Positions 19,826 through 28,776 of a DNA stretch of 46,367 nt are shown piece by piece. The notes under the pieces are model-generated. The model was not told the DNA's origin and did not search any database. It saw nothing but the letters and a program-made list of their open reading frames with translations. Position 1 is the first letter of the stretch; the number at the start of each line of letters is the position of its first letter. Both the position numbers and the translations under genes were made by a program. Origin of the DNA: an uncultured Smithella sp. (GTDB taxonomy: Bacteria > Desulfobacterota > Syntrophia > Syntrophales > Smithellaceae); NCBI GenBank assembly GCA_964450075.1, contig CAYVFA010000003.1, forward strand, positions 1 to 46,367, read 5' to 3'.

Positions 19826-20481
19826 CCGTTTTTAGATTGACCCAAAAACTTGTTTTTCCACAACCCGAGCTGGCCGACGACGACGGCCTGTTGGCAATTG
19901 GCGGCGACCTTAGCGTTGACCGTCTATTGCTTGCCTATTCCATGGGGATCTTCCCGTGGTATTCAGACAAGAATCCCATCCTCTGGTGGTCGCCTGACCC
20001 AAGACTCATCTTATTTCCCCTGGAACTGAAGGTCTCACGAAGTCTGCGGCAGACCATGAAGAAAGGCATTTACCGCGTCACCACCAATATGGCCTTTGAA
20101 GCAGTGATCAGAAGTTGCGCCACAATCACCAGAAAGGGAGAAAAAGGCACCTGGATCACCGATGCGATGATTAAGGCATATATCCGGCTGCATAAGGCCG
20201 GTTATGCCCATTCTGTCGAGGCATGGGACGGCGTTGAGCTTGCCGGTGGTTTCTATGGCGTTATGATGGGCAAGGCTTTTTTCGGAGAATCGATGTTTGC
20301 AAAAAAGAGCGACGCATCAAAAGTCGCTTTTGCGTCATACGCGGCTGATCTTGCCGCAAAGGGGTGTGAACTGATCGACTGCCAGGTTTCAACAGAGCAT
20401 CTGAAAAGATTCGGCGCGAGGGAAATCTCACGCGCCAAGTTTATGATGCATCTTAAACAAAGCACAAAATGCCATGACTAG
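19822..20481 (+). CDS. aat: Leucyl/phenylalanyl-tRNA--protein transferase
   Basis: FP.P.LAD.DGLLA.GGDLS...LL.AY..GIFPWY....PILWWSPDPR, HSVE.W....L.GG.YG and GESMF. The start overlaps the clpA stop (ATGA). Confidence 0.9.
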   Translation: MTVFRLTQKLVFPQPELADDDGLLAIGGDLSVDRLLLAYSMGIFPWYSDKNPILWWSPDPRLILFPLELKVSRSLRQTMKKGIYRVTTNMAFEAVIRSCATITRKGEKGTWITDAMIKAYIRLHKAGYAHSVEAWDGVELAGGFYGVMMGKAFFGESMFAKKSDASKVAFASYAADLAAKGCELIDCQVSTEHLKRFGAREISRAKFMMHLKQSTKCHD

Positions 20482-20521
20482 ACCGAGCATTTGCGGCTGC
20501 TTTAATGAGTAAAAGCAAAAA

Positions 20522-20550
20522 TTGACATCAATAGACATTTTTTGTATAAA
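20522..20550 (+). promoter_or_regulatory. Sigma70-type promoter upstream of the serine hydrolase gene
   Basis: TTGACA (20522-20527), an exact 17 nt spacer, then TATAAA (20545-20550). AGGAG lies 6-10 nt upstream of ATG 20599. Confidence 0.55.
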
Positions 20551-20598
20551 TACTTAAATTCAAAGAATTAAATAAAGAATATCCTGAAAGGAGCAGCC

Positions 20599-22152
20599 AT
20601 GAAAAGGATTATTGCCGTTTTGCTGGTATGGTTTATTTTTATTGCAGGCGTCGCTTTTGCACAAGACGAAATCACCAAACCAAGCGATGAAAATCTTAAA
20701 AAAATATTGGCTGATTTCGATCAGTATGCCGCTAAAGCAAGGGCCGACTGGAAAATTCCCGGCATGGCCATCGGAATTGTCCAGGATGGCAAGCTTATAT
20801 TTGCCAGGGGCTTTGGTGTTAAGACCGTGGGCGGCAACGATCCCGTTACCCCAAAAACGGTTTTCCAGATCGGTTCAACCTCCAAAGCATTTACAGCGAC
20901 GCTTGCCGCGATGATGGTGGATGAAGGGAAATTAAAATGGGACGATAAGGTGATCGATCATCTGTCCGATTTCAGAATGTATGACCCCTGGGTGACCCGG
21001 GAATTTCAAGTTTTCGATTTAATGTCTCAACACAGCGGGATGCCGGCCTATGCCGCAGATACCCTTTATTTAACAGGCTTTGACCGCTCGTATATTAAAC
21101 GGGCGATCCGCCACATTAAACCGGTGACCAGCTTCCGCGCTCAGTATGCTTATCAAAACGGCCTGTGGCTTGTGGCGGCGGACCTTGTTGAAAAATATTC
21201 AGGCAAAACCTGGGAGCAGACGCTTCAGGAGCGCCTTTTCAATCCTCTGGGAATGTCGAATTCCTCTGCGGATAAGCAGTCTTTTCTGCTGGCCAAAGAT
21301 GTTTCGTCATTGCATGCGCTGGAAAACGATCAGGTCGTCGCTTTGCCGAAGAATTGGGAATTTATGGACTGGAGCTATACAGCCGGCCCGGCAGGCGCCA
21401 TCAATTCCAATATTGTCGATATGGCAAAGTGGCTCTCGTTTCAGATGAATAACGGCAAGGTAAGCGATAAACAATTAGTGTCTCCGTTTAACATGCAGGT
21501 TCTCCGTTCACCGAAAACCATCGTCAATTTAGCCAGCGATGTACACAAAAACATATTTTATTGTTTAGGCTGGTTATACATGGAGCATTCGCCGTACCCG
21601 GTGATTTGGCATAATGGCGGAACGTCTATGAAAACCATGGTGGCCTATGTTCCGGAACAAAAAATCGGGATCGTCATCCTTTCCAATTATGTGACGCAGC
21701 TGCCCGAGTTGCTGACCTTCAGGTTTTTCGACCAGTATGCGGGAAAACCTGCCAAGGATTTGAGCGCGGAAGCATTGGCTGAGCTGGAAAGAATGAAGCA
21801 GGAAGAAAAAACCAGAAAACCCGTGCCGCCCAAAAAATCTACGGCTGCCATGCCACTGGACAAATATGCCGGTGATTATTACAATGATGTTTACGACAGG
21901 ATAAACATTTCTATCGTGAATGGGAAATTGACGGTTATGATGGGACCCAAAAAAGTCAAAATGGCACTTCATCATCGGGATAAAGATATTTTTGCACTGC
22001 AATGGCTGGGTGTCGGTCTTGGGTCTGAGTCCGGATTTGCAGCTTTTCAGGTTGACCCGCAAGGCAAAGTAACAGGGGTGACGCTTGATTTTCTAAACCA
22101 GGATGATGATTTGGGCGTCTTTAAGCGGATAGAAGATTCTGCCCAAAGATGA
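20599..22152 (+). CDS. Secreted serine hydrolase (class C beta-lactamase / penicillin-binding-protein family) with a C-terminal beta-domain
   Basis: Signal peptide MKRIIAVLLVWFIFIAGVAFA-QDE. S-x-x-K motif in FQIGSTSKAFTA, a YxN-like YAYQNG, and a late HNGGT block. Confidence 0.8.
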   Translation: MKRIIAVLLVWFIFIAGVAFAQDEITKPSDENLKKILADFDQYAAKARADWKIPGMAIGIVQDGKLIFARGFGVKTVGGNDPVTPKTVFQIGSTSKAFTATLAAMMVDEGKLKWDDKVIDHLSDFRMYDPWVTREFQVFDLMSQHSGMPAYAADTLYLTGFDRSYIKRAIRHIKPVTSFRAQYAYQNGLWLVAADLVEKYSGKTWEQTLQERLFNPLGMSNSSADKQSFLLAKDVSSLHALENDQVVALPKNWEFMDWSYTAGPAGAINSNIVDMAKWLSFQMNNGKVSDKQLVSPFNMQVLRSPKTIVNLASDVHKNIFYCLGWLYMEHSPYPVIWHNGGTSMKTMVAYVPEQKIGIVILSNYVTQLPELLTFRFFDQYAGKPAKDLSAEALAELERMKQEEKTRKPVPPKKSTAAMPLDKYAGDYYNDVYDRINISIVNGKLTVMMGPKKVKMALHHRDKDIFALQWLGVGLGSESGFAAFQVDPQGKVTGVTLDFLNQDDDLGVFKRIEDSAQR

Positions 22153-22201
22153 GATTCGTCGGCAACAAGGAATACTGAAGATTGGCAAGATGTGCTTTCC
22201 G

Positions 22202-24529
22202 TTAAGCATATTGACGGTGCTGGATGGATTCTATATATCCGACGGTTCCCGTGGTAATCTGGGCGGCATTGGCTTCATCCGTATCCAGATGCATATCCAG
22301 TCGATATTTAGGATTGACACGAACCAGCACGTCGCCAAAAATCAGTTCTCTCACACCCTTGACTTTGACCATGACCACGTCTTGATCCCGCAGACCGAGG
22401 TTTAAAGCTTCTTCGGGAGAGATGTGGATATGGCGCTTGGCGCAGATCACCCCTTTGTCCAGTTTTACCGTGCCTGATTCCCCTTCAAGAATGATTCCCG
22501 GAGTTCCCTCTGTGTCGCCGGAGTTCCGAATGGGCGGGTCAATGCCCAGTTTGAAGCGCTCGGTGCAGGAGATTTCCACCTGAGACTCTTTACGTGCGGG
22601 ACCCAAAATCCGGACACGTTCAATTTTCCCTTTCGGTCCAATCAGATTAACCGTTTCGATGGCTGCAAACTGATCCGGCTGGCTCAGCTCGGAACGCGGG
22701 GTCATGGTTTTCCCCACGCCAAAAAGTATCTCAAAATGCTCCTGTGTCAAATGAACATGATGCGCCGAGGTGGATATGGCAATCGGCCGCGAACGGAATT
22801 TCTCAATGTCGGATTTGGAACGCGTGCGGCCCAGCGCGTGAACCGTTTCCCGGGCAATCATTTTTTCTTCATCCGCCGGAACAACCAGAATTCTAGTTTT
22901 GGAGGCGGGCTCTGAAATGTCGGTTATCCGGCCGCGCTGTGCTTTCATTTTGGTGTTAATGTCATCAAACACCATAATGCCAATTGGTTGCATGCCATGA
23001 CAGATTCGGGCACGTATGTCGATGGAATTTTCGCCAATGCCGCCGGTGAAGATCAGCGCGTCGAGTCCACCCATGACTGCCAAGTAGGCGCCGATATATT
23101 TTCTGATCCGATAGCAGAAAGCACTGATCGCCTTTTCACATCGGACATCTCCACATTCCGCCTCCTGCAAAAGCGTGCGCATGTCGTTGCTCTTGCCGGA
23201 AATTCCCAACAGGCCGCTTTTCTTGTTGAGCATCTGATCAATCTGGTCGGGCGTCATGCCCCGCTGGCGCAGCAAATGCAGGATCACACCCGGATCAATG
23301 TCTCCGGCGCGCGTGCCCATGATCAGGCCTTCCAGGGGCGTCATGCCCATGCTGGTATCGACACTTCTGCCGTGATCAATTGCGCAAACCGAAGCGCCGC
23401 TTCCCAAATGACAGGAAATAATCTTAAGCTCACCCAGCGGGCGTTTCAGAAAAGTCGCCGCGCTCAGTGCGACAAACTTGTGATTGGTGCCGTGAAAGCC
23501 ATAGCGGCGAATTTGTTCTTCGTCGCTGACGGCGTAGGGCAGCGCATAAGTGTAGGCATCTTCCGGCATGCCCACGTGAAAGGAGGTGTCAAAGACAGCA
23601 ACCTGCGGAACGTCGGGAATCAGTTTTTGCATCAACTCGATTCCCGCCAGATTGAAGGGATTATGAAGTGGCGCCAGAGGAATCAGATCTTTAATGGCTG
23701 CGGATACGTCAGCGCTTACCATAATGGAATTGGGAAATTGCACACCGCCATGGACGACCCGGTGCCCGACCGCTCTGATTTCTCCCAGATCGTTCATGCC
23801 TGTATAAGCCTTGTCGGTGATCGTGGAAACCATCAGGGTAAAGGCATTTTCAACAGCCGCGACATCCGGGACGGGGAACTCTTTTTTCGCATCGGGTGTT
23901 CTGATGACATGGGAGGCGTCTCCTGAACCGATTTTTTCGATGAGTCCTTCAATGACCGGCGCGGTTGTTGTTGTATCAAACAACGTATATTTCAGGGATG
24001 AACTGCCACAGTTCACGGTCAGGATCTTCATGGGCTCATCAACGGAAGAAAAATTCAGATCGTAAGGATCATCATTTTCCTTATAAACATTTTTCAAACG
24101 TTTTCGAGCATCATCCTGTTCATTGCGCAAGAGCCTTTTGGTTACGAGGCGGGTGAATTTGACAAGAGTCTGGGGATTTCTGGCAATCATTCCAGAAAAT
24201 ATTTCACGTGGAATTTTGATAATTCTGGCGGCACGAAAGGCTACAACGTCCAGAACTGCAGGCTCTCCTGTTAACAGGGCCATTTCACCAAATATTTGTT
24301 CACGCTCCAGTGTGGCAACGGTTCGCTGACTGCCGTCATCCTCTGTGAGCAGGACTTCTACTTCACCGTCATAAACCACCCACAGGAAACGGCCGGGCTC
24401 TCCCCGTTTGATAATTGGGCTGCCATCCGGAAAATCAATCCGTTGTGCGTTTTCGGCAATGAGATGAATGTCCGCGTCCGGCAAATCAGCAAAAATATCA
24501 ATTTTTTTCAAAAACAAGGGAAGTTCCAT
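22202..24529 (-). CDS. Tri-domain fusion: cyclic-nucleotide-binding-like domain, acetate/propionate kinase, and PduL-type phosphate acyltransferase
   Basis: aa 1-125 form a cNMP-binding fold (IF..L......L........F..G..I...GE......V..G.V.V ... FGEMALL). aa 167-567 form acetate kinase (KILTVNCGSSSLKYTLFD, GHRVVHGG, FDT.FH..MP, YGFHGT.H, HLG.GAS, ILVVPADEE.MIA). aa 582-775 form PduL (SAHHVHLTQEHFE.LFG, LSQP.QFAA.ETV.L.GPKG, RHIHISPEEA, DTDEANAA). There are no in-frame stops. Confidence 0.88.
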   Translation of the reverse strand: MELPLFLKKIDIFADLPDADIHLIAENAQRIDFPDGSPIIKRGEPGRFLWVVYDGEVEVLLTEDDGSQRTVATLEREQIFGEMALLTGEPAVLDVVAFRAARIIKIPREIFSGMIARNPQTLVKFTRLVTKRLLRNEQDDARKRLKNVYKENDDPYDLNFSSVDEPMKILTVNCGSSSLKYTLFDTTTTAPVIEGLIEKIGSGDASHVIRTPDAKKEFPVPDVAAVENAFTLMVSTITDKAYTGMNDLGEIRAVGHRVVHGGVQFPNSIMVSADVSAAIKDLIPLAPLHNPFNLAGIELMQKLIPDVPQVAVFDTSFHVGMPEDAYTYALPYAVSDEEQIRRYGFHGTNHKFVALSAATFLKRPLGELKIISCHLGSGASVCAIDHGRSVDTSMGMTPLEGLIMGTRAGDIDPGVILHLLRQRGMTPDQIDQMLNKKSGLLGISGKSNDMRTLLQEAECGDVRCEKAISAFCYRIRKYIGAYLAVMGGLDALIFTGGIGENSIDIRARICHGMQPIGIMVFDDINTKMKAQRGRITDISEPASKTRILVVPADEEKMIARETVHALGRTRSKSDIEKFRSRPIAISTSAHHVHLTQEHFEILFGVGKTMTPRSELSQPDQFAAIETVNLIGPKGKIERVRILGPARKESQVEISCTERFKLGIDPPIRNSGDTEGTPGIILEGESGTVKLDKGVICAKRHIHISPEEALNLGLRDQDVVMVKVKGVRELIFGDVLVRVNPKYRLDMHLDTDEANAAQITTGTVGYIESIQHRQYA

Positions 24530-24760
24530 TTTGACTCACTCCTTCCGCCAGCGAAAGCGTTGGTAACTAAAGATAATAAAAAAGCAACAAGACAAGTAAA
24601 TCTTATGAATAACTTCATCCCCTCCTGAAAGCAGTAATAAGATGATAGGGTGGTTGTTAATAGCATAATCAGGGTTGTTCTGCATCTCTTTTTGTGTCAG
24701 AAGATGTCGGCAGATGCGGCTTACTTGTGCATCTTAATGGACACAATACCCAAAATATCC

Positions 24761-24789
24761 TTGACAGACATGATCGTGTTCCCTATAGT
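24761..24789 (+). promoter_or_regulatory. Sigma70-type promoter for the chemosensory operon
   Basis: TTGACA (24761-24766), a 17 nt spacer, then TATAGT (24784-24789). AAGGA follows about 10 nt before ATG 24815. Confidence 0.55.
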
Positions 24790-24814
24790 TTGCCAACAAA
24801 AAGGACAGTTTGCC

Positions 24815-27019
24815 ATGATAAAACCAACACTCACACTCAAAAGAAAGATTATCGGCCTTGCCATACTGGCTGCGGTTTTACCAGTCGTGGTGATGATGAT
24901 TCTCATGGGATCGTTTCAATCCTCCGTCTCCAAACTGGCCTCGAAAGAGTTGAGCGATGTCGCCATGACGAATATGGCCCAGATTGCCAGGGACGTCTAT
25001 GGGCTTTGCGAAACCTCCAACGATCTGATTCAGAAAAAAATCAACAACGGTTTGAATGTGGCCAGGAACATCCTGAAGCAGCACAAAGGCATAGAAGCAG
25101 GAAAAGAGACGGTTGTCTGGGATGCCGTTAATCAATTGACCAAGCAAACGCAGAAAGTCGAGCTGCCCAAACTGATGGCGGGTGGCGTCTGGCTCGGCCA
25201 GAACCGCAACCCCGCGGTCCCGACACCCATTGTCGATGAAGTGAAACAACTGGTCGGCATCACCTGCACCATCTTTCAGCGGATGAACGAAAACGGCGAC
25301 ATGCTACGCGTGGCAACCAATGTTCAGGACGTGGAAAACCGCAGGGCGATCGGCACCTATATCCCGAACCTCCTGCCGGACGGCACGGCAAATCCGGTTA
25401 CAGATGCGGTTATGAAAGGCCAGCCTTATCGCGGGCTCGCCTATGTGGTCAACACCTGGTACCTGACTGCCTATGAACCCATCAAGGACAGGACGGGAAA
25501 AGTTATCGGCATGCTCTATGTCGGAGAGAGATTGGAAGCCGTTTCCTCGCTCCGGAAGGCCATTCAGAGCATGAAAGTGGGAAAGCTGGGGTATGTGGGT
25601 GTTGTCGGCGGCAAGGGTGAACACAGGGGCCGGTACATTATTTCAAAAGACGGCTCCCGTGACGGCGAAAATATATGGGATCAAAAGGATGTCCATGGCA
25701 ACACAACGATCAAGACCCTGATCGCCACTGCCCTGAAACAGCCCAAAGGCGAGTCTTTCTATCATGAATACATCTGGCAGAATCCCGGCGAGCCGGAACC
25801 CCGGAAAAAGATTTCTTCCGTTATATATTTTGAACCGTTTGACTGGGTCATAGTGGCGGGAACTTATGAGGATGACTTCTTCAGACCCGTAGGTCACGTC
25901 AATGAAATGATCAAATCCCTTTTTCTGAAAGTCGTTGTGACGGGGGGGCTGATCATCCTGCTGTCGGTGTTCCTGGCTGTATTTCTGGCACGTCGCCTGA
26001 CACAGCCGCTGGAGCTGACCACCAGCCTGGCCCAGAAAATCGCCACAGGAGATATCCAGCAGACTCGCGAGGAATTGGCGGGAGCTGAATCGGTGAGGAT
26101 TATTCAGTCGGGAGACGAAACGGGAGAACTTCTGCGGACATTCCAGACCATGACGGATAATCTGGATTCCCTGATCGGCCAGGTCCACAGGTCCGGGATT
26201 CAGGTGACGACCTCAGCAACTGAGATTGCCGCTTCGGCGCGTGAACTGGAAGCAACCGTGGCCCAGCAGGCGGCGTCCACAACGGAAGTGACAGCCACCA
26301 GCCGTGAAATATCCGCCACGGCAGACGATCTTGCACAAACCATGGACGGGGTTAATGTTTCGCTCAATGAAACCATCGGCATGGCTGAATCAGGCCGTGA
26401 TGACCTCACCCATATGGAAGCCGCCATGCGTGAACTGGTCAAAGCCACGACATCGATTTCTTCCAAGCTGGCCGTCATCAACGACCGGGCGAACAAAATC
26501 TCCCATGTGGTCACCACGATCAACAAGATTTCCGATCAAACCAATTTGCTGTCTTTGAATGCTGCCATCGAGGCGGAAAAAGCCGGCGAATTCGGACGGG
26601 GCTTTTCTGTTGTCGCCCGTGAGATCAGCCGTCTGGCCGATCAAACGGCCATCGCTACACAGGACATTCAACAGGTGGTGGCTGAAATGCAGACTTCCGT
26701 TTCAACCGGTGTGATGGAGATGGACAAGTTTACCGACGAGGTGAGGCGCGGTGTGGAAACCGTCTCTACCCAGAGCGGCCAGCTTGCCCGGATCATCGAT
26801 CAGGTGCGCATTCACGGTCCGCAGTTTACAGCCGTGAAGGACGGCATGTACGGCCAGTCCCAGGGAGCACAGCAGATCAGTGAAGCCATGGGTCAATTAT
26901 CCATGGCGGCGGGGCAGACCAAGGAATCGCTGCATGAATTTAAACTGGCGACGGAGCAGCTCAACGAGGCCATAGGCGGGCTTCAGTCAGAGGTCTCCCG
27001 GTTCAAAATCAGCTCCTGA
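24815..27019 (+). CDS. Methyl-accepting chemotaxis protein (WspA position) with a periplasmic Cache-type sensor, HAMP and an MCP signalling domain
   Basis: TM1 IIGLAILAAVLPVVVMMILM. A Cache_3-Cache_2-like block (RVATNV...RAIGTYIP...G.PY.G.AYVVN.WYLTAYEPI.D..GKVIGMLYVG). TM2, HAMP, and the tip NLLSLNAAIEAEKAGEFGRGFSVVAREI. The start is set at ATG 24815, downstream of the promoter; the track ORF begins at 24650. Confidence 0.9.
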   Translation: MIKPTLTLKRKIIGLAILAAVLPVVVMMILMGSFQSSVSKLASKELSDVAMTNMAQIARDVYGLCETSNDLIQKKINNGLNVARNILKQHKGIEAGKETVVWDAVNQLTKQTQKVELPKLMAGGVWLGQNRNPAVPTPIVDEVKQLVGITCTIFQRMNENGDMLRVATNVQDVENRRAIGTYIPNLLPDGTANPVTDAVMKGQPYRGLAYVVNTWYLTAYEPIKDRTGKVIGMLYVGERLEAVSSLRKAIQSMKVGKLGYVGVVGGKGEHRGRYIISKDGSRDGENIWDQKDVHGNTTIKTLIATALKQPKGESFYHEYIWQNPGEPEPRKKISSVIYFEPFDWVIVAGTYEDDFFRPVGHVNEMIKSLFLKVVVTGGLIILLSVFLAVFLARRLTQPLELTTSLAQKIATGDIQQTREELAGAESVRIIQSGDETGELLRTFQTMTDNLDSLIGQVHRSGIQVTTSATEIAASARELEATVAQQAASTTEVTATSREISATADDLAQTMDGVNVSLNETIGMAESGRDDLTHMEAAMRELVKATTSISSKLAVINDRANKISHVVTTINKISDQTNLLSLNAAIEAEKAGEFGRGFSVVAREISRLADQTAIATQDIQQVVAEMQTSVSTGVMEMDKFTDEVRRGVETVSTQSGQLARIIDQVRIHGPQFTAVKDGMYGQSQGAQQISEAMGQLSMAAGQTKESLHEFKLATEQLNEAIGGLQSEVSRFKISS

Positions 27020-27032
27020 TCGGATAACCATC

Positions 27033-27497
27033 ATGTTGCTACTTCAGTTTCAAGCCGGTACCGATCGTTACGGTCTCGATATTGGGCAGATTATCGAAGT
27101 GTCCTCTCTTGTATCGCTGCGGGCCATTCCTCACGCGCCCCCGGAAGTTGCGGGCACCTTCAACTATCGGGGCACCCTCACGCCGGTTGTCGATCTAACA
27201 GCTTTACTGACCTCGGTTCCTTCACGCCTCCGGATGAGCACGCGCATCATTTTGGTAAACTATGTGGGAGAGGACGGACGTTCTCACATTCTGGGTCTGC
27301 TGGCGGAAGCGGTAACGGAAATGGTTCAATGCAAAAAAGAAGACCTTCAGCAGCCGGTTGTGTCGGTCAGCGGTTCAGCCTACCTGGGAGACATGATTTA
27401 CGATGAGCAGGGCTCCCTTCAGGTTTTGGATATGGAGCGGCTTTTGACCCGCGACCTGCTCTTTACTCTTTTTCCGCCGGAGGTCAGTAGCGGATGA
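27033..27497 (+). CDS. cheW: CheW-like coupling protein (WspB position)
   Basis: A single 154 aa CheW domain, with ...RYGLD...I.EV........IP.AP..V.G..N.RG...PV.DL. Confidence 0.85.
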   Translation: MLLLQFQAGTDRYGLDIGQIIEVSSLVSLRAIPHAPPEVAGTFNYRGTLTPVVDLTALLTSVPSRLRMSTRIILVNYVGEDGRSHILGLLAEAVTEMVQCKKEDLQQPVVSVSGSAYLGDMIYDEQGSLQVLDMERLLTRDLLFTLFPPEVSSG

Positions 27498-28762
27498 ATA
27501 CGCTTCCGGCCATTTCACGATTCCTGACGGTTAACCTTGGCATGGCTGCGGATGCTCTCGGCCAAGGGGCTGTCAGCCGGGCCATTACCGCGGCCATGCA
27601 TCAGGAAGGCATCTCTGATCAAAAGGCGTATGAACGTTTGTTTGTTTCATCCGAAGCCGTACGGCAAAGACTAACGGATGCCGTCGTTGTCGGGGAAACC
27701 TGGTTTTTTCGAGATCGGGGTCCATTCACCTGTCTTGCCTCCCATGTTCGAGAATTACGTGAGACAAAGCTTCTGAAAATTCTGTCTGCTCCCTGTGCAA
27801 CAGGAGAGGAGCCTTATTCCATTGCCATGACACTGCTTGCCGCAGGTTTGCCGCCCGCGGCCTTTGTCGTCGATGGGGTGGACATCAGTATCGAAGCCCT
27901 GAATAAGGCCCGGCTTGCCTGTTATGGCAGCGGCTCATTCCGGGGACACATCGGAGCGGATGTCGCCCGGTATTTTCTGGAAACACCTCAGGGACGAAAA
28001 GTATCGGATCAGGTGCGCGGGCAGGTCACCTTTCATCATGACAATCTGGTGAAACCGGACAGTCTTACAGGGCAAGGGCCTTACGACATCATCTTTTGCA
28101 GAAATCTGCTTATTTACCTGACGCCCGAAGCGCGCCGCAGCGTCTTCGAGCGACTGGACCATCTTCTTCTGCCCGGAGGCCTGCTTTTTACCGGTCACAC
28201 GGAAACGATTTTCTGGCATCAGCAGGGCTATCTTCCCCGCAAGTGGGATCGGGCTTTTGCTTTAACAAAACCCGTTTTGCAGCCGATACAGAAAAATACT
28301 GCTAACGCAAGACTGAAATCTGCGTCGCCTCCAGATGCAAAACAGCAGGTAAAGACCTTGACGGGGCACAGCCAGGCATCCGGCAACAAACCGCCGGTCA
28401 AGCCTGTCAGCGCAGATGAGGAACCGCTCCCGGACGGGCAGATTCAGGAAGCCAGGCTTCTGGCCGATCGGGGGGACCTGGAGGGCGCTTTGCGTCTTTG
28501 TCAGGAATATACACGGAAGGTTGGACCGTCCGTTGAAGCATATTGTCTCATGGGTGTCATCCAGATGGCCAGACACGACATGAACGCTGCCCTGGATTTT
28601 TTTCTGAAAGCCATCTATCTTGATCCCGGACACTATGAAAGCCTCATCCATGCCAGTCTTCTCTATCGTCAAAAAGGGGAGAAACAAAAAGAGGCTCTTT
28701 ATCGCGAATGGGCTGAAAGAAAAGCGGGTACTGAAGCAAAGACGGATGAGAAGAGAGCTTAA
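27494..28762 (+). CDS. cheR: CheR-type MCP methyltransferase with a C-terminal TPR region (WspC position)
   Basis: ETWFFRD, ILSAPCATGEEPYSIAM, the SAM-binding region and IFCRNLLIYL. A Pro/Lys-rich linker is followed by TPR-like repeats (EAYCLMGVIQMARHDMNAALDFFLKAIYLDPGHYESL). The start overlaps the cheW stop. Confidence 0.88.
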   Translation: MNTLPAISRFLTVNLGMAADALGQGAVSRAITAAMHQEGISDQKAYERLFVSSEAVRQRLTDAVVVGETWFFRDRGPFTCLASHVRELRETKLLKILSAPCATGEEPYSIAMTLLAAGLPPAAFVVDGVDISIEALNKARLACYGSGSFRGHIGADVARYFLETPQGRKVSDQVRGQVTFHHDNLVKPDSLTGQGPYDIIFCRNLLIYLTPEARRSVFERLDHLLLPGGLLFTGHTETIFWHQQGYLPRKWDRAFALTKPVLQPIQKNTANARLKSASPPDAKQQVKTLTGHSQASGNKPPVKPVSADEEPLPDGQIQEARLLADRGDLEGALRLCQEYTRKVGPSVEAYCLMGVIQMARHDMNAALDFFLKAIYLDPGHYESLIHASLLYRQKGEKQKEALYREWAERKAGTEAKTDEKRA

Positions 28763-28776
28763 CAAAACTTCCCGGT

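Noticed and set aside
24650-24814. An upstream extension of the first MCP ORF (55 extra codons).
   Set aside because: A near-consensus TTGACA-17-TATAGT promoter lies inside it at 24761-24789. The canonical MCP N-terminus (short cytoplasmic stub plus TM1) begins at ATG 24815 and is preceded by AAGGA.
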